From: a virus
DNA length: 64,000 bases
Reading direction: 5' to 3' (one strand)
Virus record (IMG/VR): IMGVR_UViG_3300020463_002275
Coordinates: 117,935 to 181,934 of that record
The notes under the pieces are model-generated. The model was not told the origin of the DNA. It did no database searches and worked only from the letters and a program-made list of their open reading frames with translations. Both the position numbers and the translations under genes were made by a program. Each line of letters begins with the position of its first letter. Position 1 is the stretch's first letter. Positions 46,838 to 56,069 of the stretch are shown here, piece after piece.

Positions 46838-49800
46838 ATGGCATTATCATCACCAGGTGTTGAGGTTAAAGTAATTGACGAGAGTTTTTACACCCCATCG
46901 GAACCAGGCACCGTACCAATGATATTTGTTGCTACTGCCCAGGATAAACAAAATGGGGCAGGTACTGGTACAGCACCAGGAACGACGGCGGCAAATGCAG
47001 GTAAACCTTTCTTGGTTACCTCACAAAGAGATTTAGTAGAAACATTCGGAGAACCAACATTTTATACGGATACAAATAATAATCCGATACATGCAGGTGA
47101 ACTTAATGAATATGGTCTACAAGCGGCTTACTCACTATTAGGCGTAAGTAACAGAGCATATGTTGTTAGAGCAGGAATTGATCTTGCAGGACTAACAGCA
47201 AGTGCAGACGCTCCAACAAGCGATCCAGCAAACGGCACATATTGGGTAGATACAGCAAGTACTATCTATGGTATGTTTGAATGGAATTCAGCGGCAGTAA
47301 CTACAACAGGCGGACAGTCATTTAGTTACAAGGCTCCAACAGTAATTACTGACACAACACAATTATTTGGTGAAGTTGCAACAGGCGCACCAAAAACATC
47401 AGTAGGCGCAGTTGGCGACTATGCTATAACAGCGGCAAGTACACTACACAAACTATACTACAAAAATGAAAGTGGTACATGGGTTGAAGTAGGAACTGGC
47501 GCATGGAAAGCAAGTTGGTCTACAGTATCAGGTACTGCTGGTGCTACAACAACTTCAGGTTTGAACTTTACTTTGAACAGTACAACAATAACAGCAAACG
47601 CAACATCCGCAACAGCATTGGCGGCAGTAATTAACGCTTTGAGTATTTCAGGTGTTACTGCAACAGTTGAAGCGGCTAACGATATATTAAGATTACACTC
47701 AACAGGTGTTAATATTGTACTTGCAGAAGGCACAGGCGCATTAAGTGATATGGGTCTTACAGCAGGAACATATGCGGCACCGGCGTTGAATATTGCCCCT
47801 CATACAAGTGTTCCCGAGTTTGGTTCAGGCGATACAACTCCACGTCCAACAGGAAGTATTTGGGCTAAAACTACATCACCTAATAAAGGTGCTAAATGGG
47901 CAATCAAAGTTTGGAATAGTGCTACAAAATTATGGGACACTAAAGATGTTCCGATCTTTAGTACAAACCAATCAGCACTTGCTACATTAGACAAAACAGG
48001 CGGTGGCGTAAATCTTTCAACTGATTCACTTTACATCAAATCTAATGATGCAGAAGCAAGTGATTTAGTTGCTAACTTCAAAGTGTACAAACGTAGTGCA
48101 ACAGGCGCAACTACCGTTACTTCTAGTGCAGTAACAACACAAGCATCTAGTGGCACAGCATCATTTACTCTTCAAGAGTCAATTGTAGGCAGTGCAACAC
48201 TAGCAAGTGCAGTTACAATTTCACAAGCAGTTGATGGTGATGCAGGTGATGCAGATCATATTGCAGGTGCTATTAACTCAGCAGGACTTACAAATGTAAG
48301 TGCAAGCGTTGATAGTTCCAACAGAGTTGTAATTTCACACTCAAAAGGTGGCGACATTAGAATTAAAGACACAAGTGGACACTTAGTACAAATTGGTTTT
48401 AGTACATCAGATACTGCAAACTTATATACTGCTCCAGCAGGCGATACAAGTGCAGACTTTATTGCTACAAACTGGAAAGTGTTATCAGCAACTAATGGAC
48501 CAACTGCTCCTACAGCATTAGCAGTGAATAATACATTATGGTATAATTCAGTTGTTGATGAAGCAGATATTATGATACATAATGGTACTACTTGGGTAGG
48601 TTACCAAGATTCATCTAGCCCTTACTATGCAGTAGGTGCAGGTGATAAGACTGACCCTGCAGGACCAATTGTAAGTGCAACTGAGCCAGTAGCGGCAACA
48701 GGACAGTCAGATGGAACTGGTCTAAAAGATGGTGACATTTGGATTAATACAACAAACATTGACAAGTATCCAGAGATTTATCGCTGGTCACATGCTAAAC
48801 AAGTTTGGGAATTATTAGATTCAAGTGATCAAACAACTCAAGACGGTGTTCTATTTGCAGATGCACGTTGGTCGACAGCAGGTGCAAACAGCAAAGAAGC
48901 AACTATTATTGAGTTACTTACAAGTAACTTCTTAGACTTTGATGCTCCAGATCCTGCACTATATCCAAAAGGCATGATTTTGTTCAATACACGTAGAAGC
49001 GGTTTCAATGTTAAGAAATTTGTACGTAACTACATTGACTTAACAGCAGATAACGGACGTGATGGCGATGCACCAATGAGCGGATACTATCCACACAGAT
49101 GGATTACTGAGTCAGCAAACAACGCAGATGGTTCAGGTAAATTTGGTCAATCAGCACAGAGAGCAGTTGTTGTACAAGCAATGCAATCAATGATTAACAG
49201 CAACCAAGATATTAGAGATGACGAATCAAGAATCTTTAACTTAATGGCGGCACCAGGTTATCCAGAACTAATTGGCGAAATGATTTCATTAAACTATGAC
49301 AGAGGCTTAACAGCATTTGTTGTAGGTGATTCACCAGCAACACTAGATTCAAGTGCTACTGCACTTAACGAATGGGGCACAAACGTTGCTCTTGCAGTTG
49401 AAGACAATAGCGATGGTTTAGTAAGTAGAGATGAATACTTAGGTGTTTATTATCCATGGGGATTCACAAGTGACAACGCTGGTAACAACATTGTTGTTCC
49501 ACCAAGTCACATGATGCTAAGAACTATTGCATTAAGTGATCAAGTTTCGTTTCCATGGTTTGCTCCAGCAGGAACAAGACGTGGTGGAGTTACTAACGCA
49601 ACTGCAACAGGATACATTGATAAGGAAGGCGAATTTGTTTCGATTGCACTAAATGAAGGACAGCGTGATACGCTATTTGGAATTAGTGTTAACCCTATTA
49701 CATTTATTACAGGCGCAGGACTTGTTTGTTTCGGACAGAAAACAAGAGCAAGAAATGCAAGTGCATTAGATAGAGTAAATGTTGCTAGACTTGTAATTTA

Positions 49801-50086
49801 CATGCGTAGTCAACTTAATAAACTTGCTAAACCTTACATCTTTGAGCCAAATGATAAGATCACACGTGATGAAATCAAACAAGCGGCTGAAAGTTTAATG
49901 TTAGAATTAGTAGGTAGTAGAGCACTATATGACTACATAGTGGTTTGTGACGAATCAAACAATACACCAAGTAGAATTGATAGAAACGAACTATACTTAG
50001 ATATAGCAATTGAACCAGTAAAGGCTGTGGAATTCATTTATATTCCATTAAGACTTAAAAATACAGGGGAGATTGCAGGATTATAA
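46838..50086 (+). CDS. gp18: Contractile tail sheath protein
   Basis: MALSSPGVEVKVIDESFY; C-terminal YYPW, PPS, PWFAPAG..RG, INPI, G.KT, LDRVNVARL, FEPND, VVCDESNNT, I.IEPVKAVEFI. Confidence 0.92.
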   Translation: MALSSPGVEVKVIDESFYTPSEPGTVPMIFVATAQDKQNGAGTGTAPGTTAANAGKPFLVTSQRDLVETFGEPTFYTDTNNNPIHAGELNEYGLQAAYSLLGVSNRAYVVRAGIDLAGLTASADAPTSDPANGTYWVDTASTIYGMFEWNSAAVTTTGGQSFSYKAPTVITDTTQLFGEVATGAPKTSVGAVGDYAITAASTLHKLYYKNESGTWVEVGTGAWKASWSTVSGTAGATTTSGLNFTLNSTTITANATSATALAAVINALSISGVTATVEAANDILRLHSTGVNIVLAEGTGALSDMGLTAGTYAAPALNIAPHTSVPEFGSGDTTPRPTGSIWAKTTSPNKGAKWAIKVWNSATKLWDTKDVPIFSTNQSALATLDKTGGGVNLSTDSLYIKSNDAEASDLVANFKVYKRSATGATTVTSSAVTTQASSGTASFTLQESIVGSATLASAVTISQAVDGDAGDADHIAGAINSAGLTNVSASVDSSNRVVISHSKGGDIRIKDTSGHLVQIGFSTSDTANLYTAPAGDTSADFIATNWKVLSATNGPTAPTALAVNNTLWYNSVVDEADIMIHNGTTWVGYQDSSSPYYAVGAGDKTDPAGPIVSATEPVAATGQSDGTGLKDGDIWINTTNIDKYPEIYRWSHAKQVWELLDSSDQTTQDGVLFADARWSTAGANSKEATIIELLTSNFLDFDAPDPALYPKGMILFNTRRSGFNVKKFVRNYIDLTADNGRDGDAPMSGYYPHRWITESANNADGSGKFGQSAQRAVVVQAMQSMINSNQDIRDDESRIFNLMAAPGYPELIGEMISLNYDRGLTAFVVGDSPATLDSSATALNEWGTNVALAVEDNSDGLVSRDEYLGVYYPWGFTSDNAGNNIVVPPSHMMLRTIALSDQVSFPWFAPAGTRRGGVTNATATGYIDKEGEFVSIALNEGQRDTLFGISVNPITFITGAGLVCFGQKTRARNASALDRVNVARLVIYMRSQLNKLAKPYIFEPNDKITRDEIKQAAESLMLELVGSRALYDYIVVCDESNNTPSRIDRNELYLDIAIEPVKAVEFIYIPLRLKNTGEIAGL

Positions 50087-50096
50087 TTCATAAAAT

Positions 50097-50118
50097 GAGC
50101 CCCTGCAATATGGGGCTC
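50097..50118 (+). terminator. GC-rich hairpin after the sheath gene
   Basis: GAGCCCC / GGGGCTC 7-bp stem; no clear U-tract. Confidence 0.45.
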
Positions 50119-50124
50119 GTTAAT

Positions 50125-50132
50125 GATAAATA
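50125..50132 (+). promoter_or_regulatory. Late-like promoter GATAAATA
   Basis: Upstream of SD AGGAG and the tube start at 50155. Confidence 0.65.
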
Positions 50133-50154
50133 CTTGTAACAGGAGTAAAACATT

Positions 50155-50784
50155 ATGGCAATTTCAACACTCTCAAAAATTACAGTACCACTAGCGAGCG
50201 ACGCGAGTTCATCAACACAAGGTTTGTTGATGCCAAAACTACAGTATCGCTTTAGAGTGACACTTGAGAACTTTGGTGTATCAACACCAACAACAGAACT
50301 AACAAAACAGGTAATTGATGTAACACGCCCTACAGTAAACTTTGAGGAATTAGAAATTCCAGTTTACAACAGTAGAGCATACCTAGCAGGACGTCCTGTT
50401 TGGGAACCAATTACATTAAACTTAAGAGAAGATGTTAACAACAGTGTACAAAAACTAGTTGGCGAACAACTTCAGAAACAATTTGACTTTTTCGAACAGT
50501 CAAGTGCGGCATCAGGTATTGATTACAAATACACAACACGTATTGAAATCTTAGATGGTGGTAACGGTGCTAACACACCAAACGTACTAGAAACATTCGA
50601 GTTATACGGTTGCTTTATCCAAAATGCAAACTATAACACACTAGCATATAGTTCAAATGAACCAGTAACTATTGCATTAGCAATGCGTTATGACAACGCT
50701 ATCCAAACACCACAAGGTGATGGAATAGGTACAGCAGTTGGTAGAACTATTAACAGCCTAGTAACAGGTGGTGGCGGACTATAA
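50155..50784 (+). CDS. gp19: Tail tube protein
   Basis: Directly after the sheath; YRFRV, RP.VNF, Y.AG...WEPITL.LR, YK....IEILDG, FELYGCF, TIALAMRYD. Confidence 0.85.
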   Translation: MAISTLSKITVPLASDASSSTQGLLMPKLQYRFRVTLENFGVSTPTTELTKQVIDVTRPTVNFEELEIPVYNSRAYLAGRPVWEPITLNLREDVNNSVQKLVGEQLQKQFDFFEQSSAASGIDYKYTTRIEILDGGNGANTPNVLETFELYGCFIQNANYNTLAYSSNEPVTIALAMRYDNAIQTPQGDGIGTAVGRTINSLVTGGGGL

Positions 50785-50813
50785 TAGACCGTACAATATT
50801 GCCATAGTATTAT

Positions 50814-50840
50814 AAAAGGGTGGCTTAGGTCACCCTTTTT
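50814..50840 (+). terminator. Intrinsic terminator
   Basis: AAAAGGGTGGC-TTAG-GTCACCCTTTTT. Confidence 0.8.
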
Positions 50841-50866
50841 CATTTTATACGCACTTTTCTTTTAAG

Positions 50867-50874
50867 GATAAATA
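50867..50874 (+). promoter_or_regulatory. Late-like promoter GATAAATA
   Basis: GATAAATA-TTTGT-ATG(50880). Confidence 0.65.
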
Positions 50875-50879
50875 TTTGT

Positions 50880-52136
50880 ATGGCAAACATACTTAACGGA
50901 TTTTTAAACAACGTTTTCCAGGGAGCATTAAATCCTGGAGGTAATTTAAAAGATTACCAACATGCTTCACGACTATTTGTTGATGATGGTATGCGCCTTG
51001 CACCCAAGACAAAGTTCTTATATCATTGTGTATTCGAACTAAGCGATGAAGCACAAAAAGTTATTCCACAACTAGATCAAAGACACAAGCAAGAAATAAA
51101 CATGCTTGTTAAGTCAGTAGATTTACCTAAGTTTAGTATACAAACAGCAACTAAAAATATGTACAATCGAAAAAAGAACTTACAAACTAGTATTGAATAT
51201 GATCCAGTGAACATTACTTTCCATGACGATAATATGGGATTGACCACAACACTCATGGAAGCATACTATAGGTTCTATTTTAGAGACGGCAATCATCGTA
51301 GCGAAGGAGTAAATCCGCCATATAATCCTAGAAATACATATGGTAATTCAATTCAACAAAATTATAGATACGGTTTAGACAACGATCATAAAACACCTTT
51401 CTTTAATAAAATAACAATCTATCAAATGGCTAGACATGAATACTTAGGATATACATTAGTTAATCCTATGATTACTGGTCTTACACACGACCAAATGGAT
51501 AGTGCAGATAATAACACACCCTCACAAAACCAAATTAGTATTGCTTATGAAGCAGTATTTTACAGCAGAGGACCAGTAGGAGAAAATAGTCCTAAAGGAT
51601 TTGCTACAGCACATTACGATAAAACACCTAGTCCATTAACAATTGGTGGTGGCGGTACTAGCAGTTTATTTGGAGGCGGCGGAGTAATTGGCGGCATTAG
51701 TGACGTTCTTGGAGATATTGCTGGTGGTACATTTAATTTAGGTACAGCATTAACAGCATTTAATACATTTAAAAACGCAAAGTCATTATCAAAAGAAGGA
51801 CTGCGTGAAGAAGGATTTAATATTTTAAAAGGTGCAATCACAAACATAGGTAAAGAGAACGTTGGCGGATTAAGTAATATTAATATACCTAAATCATCAG
51901 GTAACGGAGGTAGTGCGTCAGTGACAAATACAAACGGTGGAACAGTTGATACAAGTTCGTTAATATATGGACAGAGAATAAACCAAGCGGCCGCTAATAA
52001 TAATACATCTGCAGGTGTTAATTCAAGTAGTAGTTCTTTAGATGCTTTTGGCGGTGCTGGAGCGAATGTAGGTACTTCTACATCAGTTGGTTCTAGTTCA
52101 GGATCAACATTACAAGCAGAAAGAAATGGACCATAA
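50880..52136 (+). CDS. Tube-fold baseplate/tube initiator (gp54/gp48-like) with Gly/Ser-rich tail
   Basis: KSVDLPKF, YDPVNITFHDD, ITIYQ, LVNPMI, ISIAYE tube-like strands; follows the tube gene. Confidence 0.6.
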   Translation: MANILNGFLNNVFQGALNPGGNLKDYQHASRLFVDDGMRLAPKTKFLYHCVFELSDEAQKVIPQLDQRHKQEINMLVKSVDLPKFSIQTATKNMYNRKKNLQTSIEYDPVNITFHDDNMGLTTTLMEAYYRFYFRDGNHRSEGVNPPYNPRNTYGNSIQQNYRYGLDNDHKTPFFNKITIYQMARHEYLGYTLVNPMITGLTHDQMDSADNNTPSQNQISIAYEAVFYSRGPVGENSPKGFATAHYDKTPSPLTIGGGGTSSLFGGGGVIGGISDVLGDIAGGTFNLGTALTAFNTFKNAKSLSKEGLREEGFNILKGAITNIGKENVGGLSNINIPKSSGNGGSASVTNTNGGTVDTSSLIYGQRINQAAANNNTSAGVNSSSSSLDAFGGAGANVGTSTSVGSSSGSTLQAERNGP

Positions 52137-52504
52137 TGGCAAATGGCAGTTACAAATTAGAACCTAGCGATAGTTCATCAGAAGTAAAAGAATTTTTTGA
52201 CAAATACTTTACAGATCCAATATCTTACAGTGCAACACAAGTTGATTCAGTAGTAGGTTTTTTTCTTAAAAGAGGATTTGAAGAAAGTTCAGCAACTGGC
52301 GTTGCAACGGTTTTATTACAACAAGCAAAAATAGATAATGTAAATGTTTACACTTTGCTTGACACACTAAAAGGTTTAGATGATGTAAAAATTAGTGGGT
52401 TAGTTGGAGAAATTGTTAACTACAATAGATCTAAAGTTAGTGTAATAGGATTCAAAACAGATAACACTATAACTAGACAAGAATCACGCAACATAGTGGT
52501 ATAG
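52136..52504 (+). CDS. Hypothetical protein
   Basis: Coupled ORF (TAATG) within the tail cluster; no motif recognised. Confidence 0.6.
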   Translation: MANGSYKLEPSDSSSEVKEFFDKYFTDPISYSATQVDSVVGFFLKRGFEESSATGVATVLLQQAKIDNVNVYTLLDTLKGLDDVKISGLVGEIVNYNRSKVSVIGFKTDNTITRQESRNIVV

Positions 52505-52508
52505 ATCC

Positions 52509-52946
52509 ATGGGACGCTTTGCTCAAGGAAAATATAACCTTAAAAATCCAGACAAGTATATAGGCAATAGAACTCCTACTTATAGAAGTAGTTGGGAATT
52601 TGCTTTTATGAAAATGTGTGATGAACATGCTTATATTCAAGCATGGGCTAGTGAAGCAGTAAAAATTCCTTATAGAAATCCATTAACAGGCAAGCATACA
52701 ATATATGTGCCAGATTTTTTTATTGCATATGCAAACAAAAATGGTAGTAGAAAAGTTGAAATAATAGAAGTCAAGCCAGAAAATCAAACACTAAAAGAAA
52801 AACTAGGACGTAGTAAACATAACCAAGCATCTTGGATTGTAAACCAAGCAAAATGGGAAGCCGCTAGAGCATGGTGTAAACAAAAAGGAATGTATTTTAG
52901 AATAGTTACCGAGCAAGATATCTTCCATAGCGGAAGGAGACGATAA
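52509..52946 (+). CDS. gp4: Head completion nuclease (T4 gp4, TnsA-like)
   Basis: KNPDKYIG..PTYRSSWE..FM..CD...WASE...IPY...YVPDF...EVKP. Confidence 0.85.
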   Translation: MGRFAQGKYNLKNPDKYIGNRTPTYRSSWEFAFMKMCDEHAYIQAWASEAVKIPYRNPLTGKHTIYVPDFFIAYANKNGSRKVEIIEVKPENQTLKEKLGRSKHNQASWIVNQAKWEAARAWCKQKGMYFRIVTEQDIFHSGRRR

Positions 52947-53575
52947 TGAATTTAGCAGAATACAAATCAAAAATGTTTGATATAGCAAACCGTCATCACA
53001 AAAAAGCAAGGGGTGCAAAATATATTAGACAATGGGATATACACTATCCAGAAAAAGAATACATGGTTAAAAAAGCAGAAGAGTTTGGTATGCTGAAAGA
53101 TGTAAAGACAGCAGTTGATATAGGTACTGGTGTAGGAATGTTGCCATACTTGCTCATGCAAAAAGGTATACATGTTGAAGCAACTGATGTCGACGAAGAA
53201 CAAACAGGTCCAATGTACAAACAATGCTGTGATATCATAAATTTGAAAAGACACCATTTGTGGATTGACAATGGTAAGCCTATGGACTTTCCGGGCAAAT
53301 ATGATTTGTTTATTGCTAGTAGGACATGCTTTGATAGAGAGTGTTTACCACCAGGAGAACTATTTGACTGGAAGTTTTTCTTTAATGATGTATTTCAATA
53401 TGTAGATAAAGTGTTTATCAAAACAAATAATGCAGGAAGTGGTAAAGGATATCCTGAGTACTTACTTCCTTATTTGTACAATCCAGCAGGCGAAGGACTA
53501 GGCAAACCATTCAGAGCATGGTATATACACATAACTAAAGAAAAATGGGAGCAAGACCCTAACTCTGCTAAATAA
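52946..53575 (+). CDS. Class I SAM-dependent methyltransferase
   Basis: AVDIGTGVG motif I, VEATD, KYDLFI. Confidence 0.65.
   Translation: MNLAEYKSKMFDIANRHHKKARGAKYIRQWDIHYPEKEYMVKKAEEFGMLKDVKTAVDIGTGVGMLPYLLMQKGIHVEATDVDEEQTGPMYKQCCDIINLKRHHLWIDNGKPMDFPGKYDLFIASRTCFDRECLPPGELFDWKFFFNDVFQYVDKVFIKTNNAGSGKGYPEYLLPYLYNPAGEGLGKPFRAWYIHITKEKWEQDPNSAK
53569..53574 (+). promoter_or_regulatory. Late-like promoter TAAATA
   Basis: At the end of the preceding gene, upstream of 53601. Confidence 0.5.
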
Positions 53576-53600
53576 TAGTAGCAGTTAATGTGAGCATATA

Positions 53601-54104
53601 ATGACAAAGAAATTACAAGATTTATTAGATTTGCCCGATTCTAAAGAAATAATAGACGAAGCATCAGAGCAACAAAAGCAACAGAAAAAATATGAAGTTG
53701 CTGAACAAAAAGAAACTATGCGTGATATTGCAGAGTTTGATAAAATTGCTAGTGCTTTGCCCAGCGTAAAAGGCCTGGGTGAAAAAGCAGATTCTGAACT
53801 TAATGAGATTGCAGATAAAGCAATGCAAAGTTATGAAGATTTAATGGATCTAGGAATGAATGTAGAAAGCAGATATTCTGGTAGAGTATTTGAAGTTGCA
53901 GGTAGTATGCTTAAGACAACATTAGATGCAAAAGTTGCTAAAATGGATAAAAAGTTGAAAATGATTGAATTACAACTCAAAAAAGAGAAATTAGACAAGG
54001 ATTCACCAATAGAAGAAGGTGGAATAGTTAATGGACAAGGTGCTATTGTAACTGATAGGAACAGTCTATTAGCGAAGTTAAAAGACTTGGATAAAGATAA
54101 ATAG
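53601..54104 (+). CDS. Probable terminase small subunit (gp16-like)
   Basis: Helical LMDLGMNVESRYSGRVFEVAGSMLKT..KM.LQ, comparable to the gp16 R-x-x-EV helix; near the large subunit. Confidence 0.55.
   Translation: MTKKLQDLLDLPDSKEIIDEASEQQKQQKKYEVAEQKETMRDIAEFDKIASALPSVKGLGEKADSELNEIADKAMQSYEDLMDLGMNVESRYSGRVFEVAGSMLKTTLDAKVAKMDKKLKMIELQLKKEKLDKDSPIEEGGIVNGQGAIVTDRNSLLAKLKDLDKDK
54096..54103 (+). promoter_or_regulatory. Late-like promoter GATAAATA
   Basis: Overlaps the stop of the preceding gene; upstream of SD GAGGA. Confidence 0.55.
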
Positions 54105-54122
54105 TAGTAGAGGATGACCGTC

Positions 54123-54686
54123 ATGAAAACATTTACACAAATATTAACAGAGTCAAAAAAGACTTATGAATTCAAAATTGGAGTGGCAGGCGAAAGAGAA
54201 GAAGGTTTTGAAGAAGCACTTGAAACTTGCTTGAAAAAATTTGACTTAATTAATATGTCAAATGGTAAAAAAACGCCAATACAAGAAAGACCACTAGATT
54301 TTCCACAATTACAAAACATGGAAGTAACATACTATGATGCAGAAGTTGGATATCCAACTACACCACAAGTATTACAAGAATACATTCCAAAATGTTGTCA
54401 TTGTTTACAGAGTCATCTAATTGTAAGAAATGCTAATGATCCAAGAGAAGAATATCAAGCACCAAAAAGCGGTGAACCTTACGAATCAAAACTTGATACT
54501 TTAGAAATGGAACAAGCAGATCCGAAAGCACAAGATCATGTTGCTGGTAACAGAGTAATGGACTTACTCAAAGAGTTAGAAGTAGCAAGAAAAGAACGTA
54601 ACACAGATCCGATGGAAGCGGCGCCTAGAGGCGAAAGTGCTGACATTGATTCATCAGAAAATACTAAAGCAGTTATAGGAGGCTAA
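54123..54686 (+). CDS. Hypothetical protein, putative prohead/internal protein
   Basis: Start placed by SD GAGGA (ORF track start is 54114); N-terminal ILTESKK; acidic. Confidence 0.5.
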   Translation: MKTFTQILTESKKTYEFKIGVAGEREEGFEEALETCLKKFDLINMSNGKKTPIQERPLDFPQLQNMEVTYYDAEVGYPTTPQVLQEYIPKCCHCLQSHLIVRNANDPREEYQAPKSGEPYESKLDTLEMEQADPKAQDHVAGNRVMDLLKELEVARKERNTDPMEAAPRGESADIDSSENTKAVIGG

Positions 54687-54687
54687 T

Positions 54688-55599
54688 ATGAAAGATCTAT
54701 TACAGAAACTTACGGACCTAGAGAACACTTTAGATTCTATGGATCCAACACCAAAAGAAGTCAAACAAATTAATGAAGCGGCTTCAATGAGTATTAATAT
54801 GTCAGGTGATACAGCAGATGATGTAGCACGCCTAGCACAAATCATGCGTGACGGCGGAGCACCAGATGCAGGCGAAATGAAGCCAGATATGATGCCACCA
54901 ATGGGACCACCAGAAATGGGAAAAATGCGTGACCTTGTTAAGTTAGCACCACCAATGGACATGGACGGAATGGACGGACCACCAGATATGCCAAGCATGG
55001 GCAAACCAGACATGGATAAAGATGATAAAGATAAACTAATGGGCATGGGTATGGAAGACGATGTTGAAGAAGCAGGATACGACAACTCACCAGAAGAAGA
55101 GTATAAAGATCATCAATACATGACAAGAGACTTATCAGGCGGATTAAATCGTGAGAAGCAACAATATGCAAAAGCACAAGATGGTGATAATGCAATGGCT
55201 GTAGAAGAATTACAAGCCGCTCTAAGAGATGCATTAATCAACAAAATGTCTGAAGGTAAAGAAGTAAAATTACCAAGTGGAAAAGAAATTAAAAAATGTT
55301 CAGATGACGGAATGAGCAAAGCAGATATTGTTAAGAAGTACACAGAAATGGGTTGCAATAAAGAAGAGATAGAAGAACTTTATGCGGCACATTGTATGGG
55401 CGAATCTGTATCAGAAGGCAAATACAAAAAAACTGGTAAAGACGGCGACGGTTCATTTGATGAATCAGGTTGCGTAGGCGAAATGAAAAAACTTAAAGCA
55501 AGCGGATGTAGCAAAACAGAAATGTTTCAAAAAGTACAAGACGGCTACGGTTGCGGCAAAGATAAGTTTGAAAAACTATTCGCGGCACATTGCGGTTAA
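54688..55599 (+). CDS. Acidic Met/Pro/Asp-rich protein, putative scaffold/internal head protein
   Basis: Several [ILVM]-x-E sites; low-complexity centre; two C-terminal AAHC repeats. Confidence 0.5.
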   Translation: MKDLLQKLTDLENTLDSMDPTPKEVKQINEAASMSINMSGDTADDVARLAQIMRDGGAPDAGEMKPDMMPPMGPPEMGKMRDLVKLAPPMDMDGMDGPPDMPSMGKPDMDKDDKDKLMGMGMEDDVEEAGYDNSPEEEYKDHQYMTRDLSGGLNREKQQYAKAQDGDNAMAVEELQAALRDALINKMSEGKEVKLPSGKEIKKCSDDGMSKADIVKKYTEMGCNKEEIEELYAAHCMGESVSEGKYKKTGKDGDGSFDESGCVGEMKKLKASGCSKTEMFQKVQDGYGCGKDKFEKLFAAHCG

Positions 55600-55618
55600 C
55601 GATATAAGGAGATAAGAT

Positions 55619-56014
55619 ATGCCAATAGTAACAGGAGTAGGAGCAAGACGAGTAACATCAATGGCCAACACAGTTGGCATAATGTATCAACCTAATGCGT
55701 ATTGCTATAAAGTAACAATAGAAAATGCCGCAAACTCAGCAAGAGATTTACGTGCAGAAGACGATGCTGTAGATGAAGCGGCAGAAGCAATTATAAAAGA
55801 ATTAAATCCATTAGCATATTTTATTGTTAATGATGCCAGTGGTGTTATCCATTTAGTAATGGATGCAAGTTATAGTAGTGCTAGTGAACTACAAGCAAGA
55901 ATAAGAATGATTGGTAAAGATCCAGACCCAGCAACTACAACGTCAATTGGACCTAATGACATTGACATTTCAGGTTCTGATGTAGTAGCGGCATCAAGCA
56001 TTACAGTTGCTTAA
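55619..56014 (+). CDS. Hypothetical protein
   Basis: SD AAGGAG; followed by a terminator. Confidence 0.6.
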   Translation: MPIVTGVGARRVTSMANTVGIMYQPNAYCYKVTIENAANSARDLRAEDDAVDEAAEAIIKELNPLAYFIVNDASGVIHLVMDASYSSASELQARIRMIGKDPDPATTTSIGPNDIDISGSDVVAASSITVA

Positions 56015-56028
56015 CCCCCCAACTATTC

Positions 56029-56056
56029 AATAGGGCCTAAGGGCCCTATTTTTTTC
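56029..56056 (+). terminator. Intrinsic terminator
   Basis: AATAGGGCC-TAAG-GGCCCTATT followed by a T-run. Confidence 0.8.
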
Positions 56057-56058
56057 AC

Positions 56059-56064
56059 TAAATA
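56059..56064 (+). promoter_or_regulatory. Late-like promoter TAAATA
   Basis: TAAATA-TTACT-ATG(56070). Confidence 0.65.
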
Positions 56065-56069
56065 TTACT

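Noticed and set aside
51640-52136. Gly/Ser/Asn low-complexity tail of the gp54/48-like protein
   Set aside because: Ordinary disordered extension; no periodicity or motif found.
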